Shown here: in pieces, positions 1 through 9,229 of the stretch
How the letters are laid out: every line of letters starts with the position of its first letter
Position numbering within the stretch: the first letter of the stretch is position 1
From: SAR202 cluster bacterium
GTDB taxonomy: Bacteria > Chloroflexota > Dehalococcoidia > Lucifugimonadales > UBA826
Assembly: GCA_008373095.1 (NCBI GenBank)
Contig: RQOP01000076.1
Span: 734 to 64,733 of the forward strand
Length of the DNA: 64,000 nt
Direction: 5' to 3'
Made by a program: the position numbers and the translations under genes
The notes under the pieces: generated by a model
Databases searched by the model: none
Told to the model about the DNA's origin: nothing
What the model saw: the letters and a program-made list of their open reading frames with translations, nothing else

Positions 1-1538
1 ATTACAGCTGGTACTGCTAGTATTATCATTGGCAAAACCATGGGAAATGGTGATTCTGCAAGATGGACTGGACCATGTGCTTGGGCTTCGGGGTCCTTTT
101 CCGACCCACCTCGAAAATCGCCTTCAAATGTCATAAATAGGGCTCTAAACATATAAAAGGCTGTCATAAAGACTGCAATTATTGCTAAGAGGAATCCCAT
201 CATGCTTATGCTTATTAAGTCTCCATCCTTGAAAGCGTTCAAAAGGATTTCATCTTTACTCCAAAAACCTGCTAGTGGGAATATGCCTGCAAGGCTTAAA
301 CTTCCGATGAGGAAAGTGATATAAGTGATCGGCATTTTCTTTCGTAATCCACCCATATAGCGCATATCGAAGGTTCCTGTTGCGTGATTGACGCTGCCGG
401 AACCCAAAAATAGAAGTGCTTTAAAAAAAGCATGGGTGAATAGATGGAATATAGCCGGCCCGTACGCTCCAACTCCTAGGGCTAACATCATATAGCCCAA
501 TTGACTTACCGTGGAATAGGCTAAGACTCTTTTTATATCATTGGAAACAAGTCCCATAGTTGCCGCAAATATGGCGGTAACTCCCCCAATTATGGTGACT
601 ATCTTCATAATGTCTGCGGAATGTTCGAAAATCGGAAAAAATCTGGCTACTAAGAAAACCCCGGCCGTAACCATAGTCGCTGCATGTATTAGAGCACTTA
701 CAGGGGTAGGTCCTTCCATCGCATCAGGTAGCCAGGTATGGAGGGGAAACTGTCCTGACTTACCAATAGCACCAATGAACATACCTAAAGCGATTAAAGT
801 TAAGGCCCCTCCAGTTATTACTCCTGCTTCAACAAGTCCAGGTAAGTTCGCGTTGATTACGTGGATCTCAAGGTAATTTTCACTTTGTGTGAATGTTTTG
901 AAAAACAGATACATTAATGCTATGAGAAACCCAAAATCACCAACTCTGGTGACAATGAACGCTTTTTTAGCCGCTGCTGCTGCTGCTGGCCTATGGAACC
1001 AAAATCCAATTAGGAGGTATGAACATAATCCAACCAATTCCCAGAATACGAACATCTGAACGACATTGGCTGCCATTACAAGACCAAGCATGGATGCCGT
1101 GAATAAGGACATATATGCAAAATATCTGGCATATACAGGGTTGCCTAATTCTTCAGGACCGTGATGTTCACTATTTTCAGGTTCATGACTCGAGGGCTTC
1201 ATGTACCCCATGGAATAGATTTGGACCATTAGGCTGACCCCTGTTACTACCACAAGCATAATTGCGGTCAAAGGATCCAAAAGGATTCCAACAGTGAAAT
1301 GAAAGTCTCCTATTTCTAACCAGGAATGAGTTCCCCAGTCTTGTCCATGATTTTTATTTGATGCGACTGTAACCAATGTCATCACAGAAAGAATGAAAGA
1401 AATACCGATTGAAATAACAGCTATTGGACCTGAAAAATGGGACTTTGAGTTAAAAAATGGGCGTACAACTAGGGCCAGGATACAAAATGAGGCTAATGGG
1501 ATAAAAAATATTGCCCAGACTAATTGCTCGGTGATCAT
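1..1538 (-). CDS. nuoL: NADH-quinone oxidoreductase subunit L (partial; C-terminus lies beyond the window start)
   Basis: Absent from the ORF track because it runs off the edge. My minus-strand translation from ATG 1536-1538 gives MITEQLVWAIFFIPLASF...FVFWELVGLCSYLLIGFW...GKSGQFPLHTWLPDAMEGPTPVSALIHAATMVTAGV...FFKALLFLGSGSV, the conserved NuoL/ND5 antiporter-like core. The frame stays open to position 1. It follows nuoK in operon order. Confidence 0.9.
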   Translation of the reverse strand, partial: MITEQLVWAIFFIPLASFCILALVVRPFFNSKSHFSGPIAVISIGISFILSVMTLVTVASNKNHGQDWGTHSWLEIGDFHFTVGILLDPLTAIMLVVVTGVSLMVQIYSMGYMKPSSHEPENSEHHGPEELGNPVYARYFAYMSLFTASMLGLVMAANVVQMFVFWELVGLCSYLLIGFWFHRPAAAAAAKKAFIVTRVGDFGFLIALMYLFFKTFTQSENYLEIHVINANLPGLVEAGVITGGALTLIALGMFIGAIGKSGQFPLHTWLPDAMEGPTPVSALIHAATMVTAGVFLVARFFPIFEHSADIMKIVTIIGGVTAIFAATMGLVSNDIKRVLAYSTVSQLGYMMLALGVGAYGPAIFHLFTHAFFKALLFLGSGSVNHATGTFDMRYMGGLRKKMPITYITFLIGSLSLAGIFPLAGFWSKDEILLNAFKDGDLISISMMGFLLAIIAVFMTAFYMFRALFMTFEGDFRGGSEKDPEAQAHGPVHLAESPFPMVLPMIILAVPAV

Positions 1539-1541
1539 AAT

Positions 1542-1736
1542 TTAAAGTTTCCTAAGTATTTCATCGGCTACATGTTCCCGGCCTTTGGGCACATATATTT
1601 TGAATCCAACACTTTCTCCCCACGATGTTATATCGCCGTCTGGAAGTATTTTCGTGGGTAGACCTTCTGCTTCAAAGGTGTCTTTCCACATCTCTGCAGT
1701 CACCAAATTAGGAGCGTATTTGTATTCTATCCACAT
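1542..1736 (-). CDS. small 64-aa soluble protein, DUF2007/PII-like fold candidate, embedded between nuoK and nuoL
   Basis: The ORF sits 5 nt after the nuoK stop and ends 3 nt before the nuoL ATG. Sequence ...NLVTAEMWKDTFEAEGLPTKILPDGD...VPKGREHVADEILRKL resembles the DUF2007 pattern (helix, xEAEGIP, strand, C-terminal helix). The family assignment is by eye only. Confidence 0.5.
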   Translation of the reverse strand: MWIEYKYAPNLVTAEMWKDTFEAEGLPTKILPDGDITSWGESVGFKIYVPKGREHVADEILRKL

Positions 1737-1741
1737 AATAT

Positions 1742-2071
1742 TTATCTATTTAATTCCTTAGCATCAGTAACCAAAACTGACTGCCTGGTCCGATAAATTG
1801 CAATGATGATAGCCAATCCCAAAGCCACTTCTGCTGCGGCCACAGTGATGATAAATACTGTGAAAACATGTCCGGTTAATAAGAATTTGGACGCTGTTTC
1901 AAAGGCCTGAGGGACGGTATAACGTGACAAAGCTACTGCTGTGAGGTTCACACCGTTAAACATTATTTCTAATGACATTAAAACGGCTATGGCATGTTTT
2001 TTGGAAAGTGCTCCGTACAAACCAATCCCAAATAAAATCGCACCTAGTATTAAGAATCTTTCTAGTGTCAT
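1742..2071 (-). CDS. nuoK: NADH-quinone oxidoreductase subunit K
   Basis: 109 aa with three TM segments. The motif LSLEIMFNGVNL is typical of NuoK/ND4L, and the operon position fits. Confidence 0.9.
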   Translation of the reverse strand: MTLERFLILGAILFGIGLYGALSKKHAIAVLMSLEIMFNGVNLTAVALSRYTVPQAFETASKFLLTGHVFTVFIITVAAAEVALGLAIIIAIYRTRQSVLVTDAKELNR

Positions 2072-2632
2072 TTAGCGATTCCTTACCAAGGCTAGTGCGC
2101 CAACGGCAGCAGCAAGGAGTAAAACGGATACTAGTTCGAACGCTAATACAAAATCTGTCAACAGCAAGTTAGCTAGATTTGGAATTGAATCTGCGAAGAA
2201 TATTTTTCCAGCTTCAGTCTGTTGCTCTTGATTTAAGGTTTCACTAATCAATCGAGAATCCCAATTGGTGCCCACAGTGATAGCGTAAATGGAAAAAAGC
2301 ATAAAAAGTATTGCTACTATCGCTACAGGTATTCTGAAACTGTGTGATGGATTACCTTCTTCTAGATCCCTTGTCATCAGTATCGCGAATATTATTAGGA
2401 CAGATATGGCCCCCACGTACACCATTAGTTGAACGCCGGCTAAAAATTCTGCTCCTAGTAAGACAAATAATCCTGCTATTCCAAGGAATGTAACAATCAA
2501 GAATAGGGCGGACCTAAATAAGTCTTGAATTTGGACGACGGCAATTGCTGATATAACTGTACAAAAAGAGAGTACCCAAAAGGCTAGTTGGACGGCAAAA
2601 GATTCTGTAGTTAAACTCATCTTTTTGCCCAC
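2072..2632 (-). CDS. nuoJ: NADH-quinone oxidoreductase subunit J
   Basis: 186-aa polytopic membrane protein (GAEFLAGVQLMVYVGAISVLIIFAIMLT, ND6-like) lying between nuoI and nuoK. Confidence 0.85.
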   Translation of the reverse strand: MGKKMSLTTESFAVQLAFWVLSFCTVISAIAVVQIQDLFRSALFLIVTFLGIAGLFVLLGAEFLAGVQLMVYVGAISVLIIFAILMTRDLEEGNPSHSFRIPVAIVAILFMLFSIYAITVGTNWDSRLISETLNQEQQTEAGKIFFADSIPNLANLLLTDFVLAFELVSVLLLAAAVGALALVRNR

Positions 2633-3288
2633 CTCTCCCCTTGGTCTTCTAGGGACGGTTTTTCATGCCGGCCTACTTGATCCCAGTCTGCCGTTGAACC
2701 TTTTATTGGGTCATGTCCTCTGTCTGTTAGTTGCGGTCTGAACCATGTGCTTGGCTTTTTTTCCGCGGCCTTGAGCTGGTCTACGTTAATTACAAGATCA
2801 CTTCTGCGATATTTTCCTTCCTCAAAACCGCTGCCCATATGTAGCGCATCGTATGGACATGCTTCAACGCAAAGCCCACAAAACATACAGCGTCCTATGT
2901 CGATATCGAACACATCAATGTCATAGCTTTGGCCTTCTTGCTGATTTACACCGCTAGTTCCTGTAACAATTTTTATTATTCCCAGTGGGCAGTATTTTGC
3001 GCAGCTTGCACATCCAGTACATCTTCGGTCATACCATGCAAACTCTTCCCCTCTGAAATTGGCGTGCTGCGGCATTCGGTCCACTAATGTCTCAAGTCCT
3101 ATCAGGGATCTCAAGGTTTTAATCGGATGAGTCGCTATAAAGGAAATTGGGTTTTGGTTATCTACTTTAGCGAGATCAAATGGGCTGGCCCTTCTGTTTG
3201 GGTACTGAACTATATTAAATTGACGACTTGGGGACACCAAATTTTTCATGGTGATGCCAAGTCCCTTAAACAAACCTAATCCGTACAT
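2617..3288 (-). CDS. nuoI: NADH-quinone oxidoreductase subunit I (2x[4Fe-4S] ferredoxin-type) with a charged C-terminal extension
   Basis: Two CxxCxxCxxxCP motifs are present (CTGCASCAKYCP and CMFCGLCVEACP). The gene overlaps nuoJ by 16 nt. Confidence 0.9.
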   Translation of the reverse strand: MYGLGLFKGLGITMKNLVSPSRQFNIVQYPNRRASPFDLAKVDNQNPISFIATHPIKTLRSLIGLETLVDRMPQHANFRGEEFAWYDRRCTGCASCAKYCPLGIIKIVTGTSGVNQQEGQSYDIDVFDIDIGRCMFCGLCVEACPYDALHMGSGFEEGKYRRSDLVINVDQLKAAEKKPSTWFRPQLTDRGHDPIKGSTADWDQVGRHEKPSLEDQGERWAKR

Positions 3289-3289
3289 A

Positions 3290-4537
3290 TTAATCCCCTC
3301 CTATTCCCATATTGGCTAATGGAGATGCTGTGGGTTCTGGTCTGTGGTATTTTTTCTTCCCGACAAAATTGGCAAGGATAACGAATGCAATTATAGTCAC
3401 CATCCAGTTAACAGCTGCCATTATAAGCATGTACTCCGTAGTTAATGATCCATCATCTTTTGTGTGGCCTAATTCCACAGCTACCATAAACTCCACTGCG
3501 ACCAAAAAGATATTAAACAAACCCAGTCCAAACAAGATTTTCCAGGCAAAGCCCATTATTTGATCGATTCGTAACCTAGGCCAAGTCGATCTAACCCACA
3601 AAAGAAGGAATATTAAAACAAACATTTTAATAGCGAACCATATCCCACCAGGGAGGAAATCGAATCCTTGAGACCCTCCCAAAAACAGGGTGGTTACTAC
3701 GGCTGCAGTGACTATCGGCGCCATAAATTCTGCTAGAAACAATACTGCGAATTTGATGCCACTATATTCGGTGTTGTAACCAGAGCCTAATTCAGATTCT
3801 GCTTCTATTTGGTCGAATGGGGTACGGCTCATTTCTGCTGTGGATGCTGCCATAAAGACAAAAAATCCCATAGGCATTACCAAAATGAACCATATCGATT
3901 GGCTTTGTACTATTTGAGTCATTGCCAAAGATCCTGATAGAAGAAGAACGCTGGTGATGCCAAGGGCCATTGGTATCTCATAACTTATTAACATTGCCGC
4001 GCCTCGCATGGAACCCAAGATCGCATATTTGTTCCTCGAGCCCCAGCCAGCCATGAAAATGGCTATTGAATTGACGGAAGTAACTCCGACAATAAAAAGT
4101 ATTCCTATGTTTAGATTACTAAGGAACGCTTGGTCACTTGCGTAGGTTCCAAAAGGAATAACGATCATAATCATCAATGTAGGTGCTAATAGTGCTATAG
4201 GAGCTAACGTAAACACGGGTTTATCCGCGGCATCAGGTATCGTATCTTCCTTCATGATCAGTTTTAGTACATCAGCAAAAGGCTGAAGTATTCCGAAGGG
4301 CCCATTTCTGTTAGGACCTCGTCTAACTTGGAATCTTCCGATCATCCTTCGCTCGAACCATGTGTAGAAGGCAGTCGACATGACCATTACATTAATTATT
4401 AGAAATGAAATCGATATTCCTGCTAAAAGACCTGCCATCCACCCAAAAGATGCTCCGAAACCTAATGATTGAATTAGGTTGTCAAATAAATCTCTTAAGG
4501 TATAGAAGCTGATAAAAAAAGCAGGGGTAGGGGTCAT
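3290..4537 (-). CDS. nuoH: NADH-quinone oxidoreductase subunit H
   Basis: 415 aa, polytopic. Motifs ERRMIGRFQVRRGPNRNGPFGILQPFADVLKL and EAESELGSGYNTEYSG are hallmark NuoH/ND1 sequences. Confidence 0.92.
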   Translation of the reverse strand: MTPTPAFFISFYTLRDLFDNLIQSLGFGASFGWMAGLLAGISISFLIINVMVMSTAFYTWFERRMIGRFQVRRGPNRNGPFGILQPFADVLKLIMKEDTIPDAADKPVFTLAPIALLAPTLMIMIVIPFGTYASDQAFLSNLNIGILFIVGVTSVNSIAIFMAGWGSRNKYAILGSMRGAAMLISYEIPMALGITSVLLLSGSLAMTQIVQSQSIWFILVMPMGFFVFMAASTAEMSRTPFDQIEAESELGSGYNTEYSGIKFAVLFLAEFMAPIVTAAVVTTLFLGGSQGFDFLPGGIWFAIKMFVLIFLLLWVRSTWPRLRIDQIMGFAWKILFGLGLFNIFLVAVEFMVAVELGHTKDDGSLTTEYMLIMAAVNWMVTIIAFVILANFVGKKKYHRPEPTASPLANMGIGGD

Positions 4538-5643
4538 TATCGGTCGACCTCGCCGAGCACTATATCAATGGATCCTAGTATGATAATCAAATCCCCCATT
4601 TTCCATCCTGTTAGCATGTCTTTTAGAGGTGTCAAATTAATGAATGAGGGAGCTCTTACTTTACATCTGTAAGGAGAAATACCTCCGTCGCTCACCATGT
4701 AAAATCCGAGCTCGCCTTTTGGACCTTCAACGGATGAGTACGTCTCGCCAACTGGGGGCCGAATAAAGAAAGGTGTTTCGGTTCTAACGGGCCCCGGTTC
4801 TATTTGCTCTATGCATTGAGATATGATTTTGATGCTCTCTCTCATTTCTTGGAGACGGACGTAGTATCGGTCGTAAGTATCTCCAGAATTTCCAATTGGA
4901 ATATCGAAATTTACTCTGTCATATATCTCGTAAGGATTAGCTTTCCTTAGATCCCATTTCACGCTCGCTGCTCTGAGAACAGGACCACTAACACCTGAGT
5001 CAACTGCCTGTGTATCAGATAGTAGGCCTACACCTATGGTTCTAGCAAGGACGATTTCATTGGTTGTAATAAGGCTTTCTAATTCATCCAAATAATTCGG
5101 AAAATCTGATATCAAAACATTTAAGGAATTCCAGAAATCAGCAGGAGCGTCTTGAAATACGCCACCAGGTCTCATGTAACTCAATGTGATCCTTGCCCCA
5201 CAAAGCATTTCAAAGAGATCCAAGATTCGCTCTCTTTCACGAAAACAATATACCAAAGGGGTAGCAAGTGCCCCTAAGTCGTTTAGTAGAAATCCCGTAG
5301 CCATAAGATGACTGGCGATTCTTTGCAGTTCAACACTTATGACTCTGATGTACTGTGCTCTCTCTGGCACATCAATGTCAGCTAATTTCTCTACAGTTCT
5401 TACGTAGGCCAAATTATTAGACATGCTAGCCACATAATCCATGCGGTCCGTAAGGGTGACTATTTGTACATAATTCCTAGACTCTGCTAATTTTTCTGTT
5501 CCTCTATGCAGATAACCAAATACAGGTTCCACATCTATGATCTCTTCACCGTCAAAAGTTACGCGAAGTCTGAATACTCCGTGAGTACTAGGATGCTGTG
5601 GTCCTAAATTGATTGTTACTGGTTCAGTTCGTATGGTTGACAT
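4537..5643 (-). CDS. nuoD: NADH-quinone oxidoreductase subunit D (49-kDa subunit)
   Basis: The N-terminus INLGPQHPSTHGVFRLRVTFDGEEI..GYLHRGTEKLAE and the C-terminus IDIVLGEVDR are canonical for NuoD. Confidence 0.94.
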   Translation of the reverse strand: MSTIRTEPVTINLGPQHPSTHGVFRLRVTFDGEEIIDVEPVFGYLHRGTEKLAESRNYVQIVTLTDRMDYVASMSNNLAYVRTVEKLADIDVPERAQYIRVISVELQRIASHLMATGFLLNDLGALATPLVYCFRERERILDLFEMLCGARITLSYMRPGGVFQDAPADFWNSLNVLISDFPNYLDELESLITTNEIVLARTIGVGLLSDTQAVDSGVSGPVLRAASVKWDLRKANPYEIYDRVNFDIPIGNSGDTYDRYYVRLQEMRESIKIISQCIEQIEPGPVRTETPFFIRPPVGETYSSVEGPKGELGFYMVSDGGISPYRCKVRAPSFINLTPLKDMLTGWKMGDLIIILGSIDIVLGEVDR

Positions 5644-5647
5644 GGAG

Positions 5648-6091
5648 TTAACCTATAAAGTCCTTTCGTAAGGGGTGTCCGTCAAACCCTTCCCAAAGAA
5701 GGATCCTTTTGAGATTAGGATGATTTTTGAATTCTATTCCCATCAAATCCCAAATTTCTCTTTCTTGAAGATCTGCCGACTGCCAAATATCTGTTACCGA
5801 ATCAATGGAGGGGTTTTCTCGTCCATTGCATTTAACTTTTATGACACAGGATTGATTGTTTCTGAGGGAAGATAGATGATACACAATTTCAAAATACTCA
5901 ATGTAATCGACAGCACTAATTGCTGTTAAAAAGGAATAATCTAAGCCATCGGGATTTTTAAGTATTTCACATACCTCATGTATTTTTTCCAAAGATACCC
6001 AAGCTGCGGTTTCGTCCGAGTAGAGGACGGCGTCATTTAGCGCGTTGTTTATTGATTTTGAAATTTCGTCTCCACTGATAATTTTAGTCAA
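5648..6091 (-). CDS. nuoC: NADH-quinone oxidoreductase subunit C (30-kDa subunit)
   Basis: [43 protein letters not shown] is the NuoC signature region. Confidence 0.88.
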   Translation of the reverse strand: MTKIISGDEISKSINNALNDAVLYSDETAAWVSLEKIHEVCEILKNPDGLDYSFLTAISAVDYIEYFEIVYHLSSLRNNQSCVIKVKCNGRENPSIDSVTDIWQSADLQEREIWDLMGIEFKNHPNLKRILLWEGFDGHPLRKDFIG

Positions 6092-6093
6092 CG

Positions 6094-6732
6094 TTACCCT
6101 CTATTTTTTAAGGAGTAGCGTTTTATTTTTTCGTGGAGCTGCATAATCCCATACAACAGAGCATCGGGTCTTGGCGGGCAACCGGGTACATACACATCAA
6201 CGGGTATAATGTGGTTCACGCCTGGAACCACGCTATAAGAACCATAATAAGGGCCACCACTTGTAGCACATACTCCCATAGAGATTACCCATTTAGGATC
6301 AGCCATTTGTTCGTAGACTCTTTCGATTGCGGGGGCCATTTTCCATGTAACGGTACCGGCTATGATCATAAGGTCCGCCTGCCGTGGGGATGGCCTGAAT
6401 ACTTCCATTCCAAATCGGGATAAATCAAACCTTGACATGGCACTTGCCATCATTTCAAAAGCGCAACAAGCAAGGCCGAACGATAAAGGCCACACTGCAG
6501 ATTTGCGACCCCAATTTACTAGAGCATCAACAGAAGTCACAGCTATATTTCTGCTTATATCATCAGGAACTTCGATTAGAGGTTCAGATAACGCTTCAGT
6601 ATGGGTTGCTTTTAGCTCGTTTACGTAATTTCCCTCTTCTCGGTCCAGATCCCAAGTTTTATCATGCAAGGGAATTATCAAAGAGTTGTCTGTATTGTTT
6701 GTGTTTACCATGTTCGAATTAACTCCACTCAA
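6094..6732 (-). CDS. nuoB: NADH-quinone oxidoreductase subunit B (N2 cluster subunit), with an N-terminal extension
   Basis: [16 protein letters not shown]...[10 protein letters not shown]...VPGCPPRP supplies the four N2-cluster cysteines. About 50 extra N-terminal residues are present, so the true start may lie internally. Confidence 0.9.
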   Translation of the reverse strand: MSGVNSNMVNTNNTDNSLIIPLHDKTWDLDREEGNYVNELKATHTEALSEPLIEVPDDISRNIAVTSVDALVNWGRKSAVWPLSFGLACCAFEMMASAMSRFDLSRFGMEVFRPSPRQADLMIIAGTVTWKMAPAIERVYEQMADPKWVISMGVCATSGGPYYGSYSVVPGVNHIIPVDVYVPGCPPRPDALLYGIMQLHEKIKRYSLKNRG

Positions 6733-7114
6733 GAGAGCCTTTTTTCCAAGCGTAGACCCACCCCAAAACTAAAATACCAATAAATACGGACATTTCCGCT
6801 AACACAAACAAGCCGAATTGTGCCGACATTGTGCCGAAAGATGCCGCCCAAGGAAACAAGAAAACTACTTCAACATCGAATATTACGAAAAGTAAGGCAA
6901 TGCTATAGTAGCGAAAATTAAACTGACTCCATCTTTCAGTTATTGTTTCAAATCCACACTCATATATGCTGTTTTTTACGAAGGATGGTTTCTTTGGCCT
7001 AACTTTTAAAAGGGATAGAGCCCACCCTATTAATAACATGCTAGTAGGCACCACAACAGCAAGGGCTGCAAATATGGCAATAACACCGTATTGTGTGAAA
7101 TATTCATCAGCCAT
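6719..7114 (-). CDS. nuoA: NADH-quinone oxidoreductase subunit A
   Basis: 131 aa with three TM segments and the YECGFE motif. It is the first gene of the operon. Confidence 0.88.
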   Translation of the reverse strand: MADEYFTQYGVIAIFAALAVVVPTSMLLIGWALSLLKVRPKKPSFVKNSIYECGFETITERWSQFNFRYYSIALLFVIFDVEVVFLFPWAASFGTMSAQFGLFVLAEMSVFIGILVLGWVYAWKKGSLEWS

Positions 7115-7389
7115 GATTTACACCATTATCTATGAGAATTGTTAATAGTTGCGATAGATTAAAATTTCCCCACTTGTTCGCTACAATTCCATGCGAAAAT
7201 ATAGCACAACGTTCTTTTTTCTAGCAAGTGAAAAAACGCACAAACAACGGCTAACCTTTGTTCATATGCTGGCGACAAATTCTGTAAACTGCAGTTGTCA
7301 AATGTGTCATTGCAGTGAAAGAGTGTATTTATACGGGAATCAGGTAAATGAATGAGGATTTGCATCGGGGTGTAATTTGAGAGCAGATT

Positions 7390-8433
7390 TTGAGTGATGG
7401 TTTTGAATCGAAACCAGAAATTCCTTTGGTTCTAAGCAGGTACCAAGACATTTTAGAACCGGCTTTAAGAAACACGGTTTCGGATAGATCATCCTTTCTT
7501 TATGACATGCTGAGGTACTGCATGGGGTGGTCAGATGTTGCAGGAGAGCCGTGCGAAATGGAGAAAGGAAAAGGTGTACGTCCTTCATTGTGTCTTTTTA
7601 CATGTGATGCCCTAGGGGGGGATGTTCAAAAAGCCCTTCCTGCTGCTGTGTCTCTTGAACTAATACATAATTTTTCGCTGATACACGATGAGATACAAGA
7701 TTTCGATGAAGTGCGCCATCATCGACCTACCCTGTGGACCGTCTGGGGTGTCCCCAAAGCATTAGTAGCGGGGAATGTTATGAGGGTTTTGGCAGAAAGA
7801 TCCATGTCATGTATGGAATTTGCAGATGCAAAATTGATTTCTCAGTCTTCCTCAATTGTTTCAGAGGCCTGCCTTCAGATGATCGAAGGCCAGTACATGG
7901 ATATATCCTTCGAGGGATCCAGTAGGATAACAGTCGATCAATACATGGAAATGATTTCTCGTAAGACTGGGGCCCTTCTAAGGTCTTCCGTTCATTTGGG
8001 AGCTCTCCTTGGGTCAGGGAGTGATGAGGTGGCAAATTTATTTAGGCGTGTTGGAATTGCTCTTGGCTTCATGTTCCAAATTAGGGACGATATATTAGGA
8101 ACATGGGGAGAAAGTAAAGCCACTGGCAAACCAGTGGGAGCTGATATAAAGAGAAGGAAGAACACCTTGCCCATTATTCATGCCAGGGAGGCTAAGTCAG
8201 GATTGTATGAGAAGGAAATTTCCAACTTATATTCATTAAAATCGTTAAATGATGACGAGGCGGAGCGAGTCTTGGAAATTTTGGATGACACAAAAGCAAT
8301 GGATTACTGCCAAGGTCTTGTAGGCCATTACGCATTGCAGGTTCATAGTTATATAGAATCTGTAGGGTTTAGTGAGAAGTCAGATAAAGACTTTAAAGAA
8401 TTAATAGATTTCTTAGTGACCCGAAAATATTAA
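7390..8433 (+). CDS. polyprenyl diphosphate synthase family protein (trans-isoprenyl diphosphate synthase fold)
   Basis: TTG start. The first Asp-rich region reads LIHDEIQDFDEVRHHRPT (DExxD rather than DDxxD). The second reads FQIRDDILGTWGESKATGKPVGADIKRRKNT, a DDxxG form seen in actinobacterial-type enzymes. Confidence 0.8.
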   Translation: MSDGFESKPEIPLVLSRYQDILEPALRNTVSDRSSFLYDMLRYCMGWSDVAGEPCEMEKGKGVRPSLCLFTCDALGGDVQKALPAAVSLELIHNFSLIHDEIQDFDEVRHHRPTLWTVWGVPKALVAGNVMRVLAERSMSCMEFADAKLISQSSSIVSEACLQMIEGQYMDISFEGSSRITVDQYMEMISRKTGALLRSSVHLGALLGSGSDEVANLFRRVGIALGFMFQIRDDILGTWGESKATGKPVGADIKRRKNTLPIIHAREAKSGLYEKEISNLYSLKSLNDDEAERVLEILDDTKAMDYCQGLVGHYALQVHSYIESVGFSEKSDKDFKELIDFLVTRKY

Positions 8434-8458
8434 TTGATACCCGGTCGCAATTGAGGTA

Positions 8459-8513
8459 GAGTTATTCGCAATCGATTATAATGTTAACTCTCGATATAAT
8501 TTGCGAATAACTC
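8459..8513. repeat. 13-bp perfect inverted repeat (GAGTTATTCGCAA / TTGCGAATAACTC) flanking a 29-nt spacer that contains two TCGAT(T)ATAAT copies
   Basis: Read directly from the sequence: left arm 8459-8471, right arm 8501-8513. It lies between the polyprenyl synthase stop (8433) and the yjbQ start (8537). Confidence 0.6.
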
Positions 8514-8536
8514 AAGCCGTTGAGGTGGATTGACAT

Positions 8537-9019
8537 ATGAGCGTTTCACGCTCGGCAATGGAAGTGTTTACATACGACTTAAAAGTACCTTCCAACTCGT
8601 CGCCGGAATTTATTGATATCACTGATGAAGTAGCCGATTTTTTGAAAGGATCGGGTATCTCAAGCGGAATTTTGGTGGTGTTTTCTAGGCATACAACGTC
8701 GGCAATTGTGATTCAGGAAAACGAACCGCTTTTACTAGAAGACTTCAAAGACATGCTGGAACGTGCTTCTTCCAAAGATGCCCCGTATAGACACAATGAC
8801 TTTGATGTTAGGACCGTACATATGCATGAGAATGAATGTCCGAATGGACATTCTCATTGCCAACATCTGGTGCTGGGTTCCAGTGAGACTATCCCAATTA
8901 TAGAAGGGAAAATGTCACTCGGTGAATGGCAGAGAATATTTATGGTTGAACTTGATGGCATGAAAGGGGAGATGGTTGGGAGTCGGGAAGTTGTCGTTCA
9001 AATAGTGGGTTTGGCGTAG
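8537..9019 (+). CDS. YjbQ/UPF0047 family protein (secondary thiamine-phosphate synthase-like)
   Basis: FIDITDEV..F...GI..GILVVFSRHTTSAIVIQENEP...D.......P....Y.H...............NGHSHCQHLVLG.SETIPI..GK..LG.WQRIF.VELDG matches the UPF0047 pattern. Confidence 0.8.
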   Translation: MSVSRSAMEVFTYDLKVPSNSSPEFIDITDEVADFLKGSGISSGILVVFSRHTTSAIVIQENEPLLLEDFKDMLERASSKDAPYRHNDFDVRTVHMHENECPNGHSHCQHLVLGSSETIPIIEGKMSLGEWQRIFMVELDGMKGEMVGSREVVVQIVGLA

Positions 9020-9229
9020 AATATAACGGTGCGTCTTGGAAATTCCGCTCAATTTTTAATGCCTGAGGAATATTTTTGACCGCCTAATTCTGCAAATGTT
9101 ATATTTGATTTTGCATTGTTGACTGATTAACTCAACAAAATTTTGAATGATTTTTAGTGAATGCTGGTTCATCTGCTGCTAGGATGAATAGCTAGTTAAA
9201 TGAGGAAATCGCTTAAGGAGAGGTCTTAA

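Noticed and set aside
541-876. 111-aa plus-strand ORF
   Set aside because: It lies entirely antisense to the strongly supported nuoL coding frame, has no recognisable motifs, and its composition is typical of a shadow ORF.
7159-7588. Two minus-strand ORFs (68 and 82 aa) in the nuoA/polyprenyl-synthase divergent region
   Set aside because: One overlaps the polyprenyl synthase 5' end antisense. Both have Cys/His/Leu-rich odd composition, no RBS and no motifs, so the region is more likely divergent promoter DNA.
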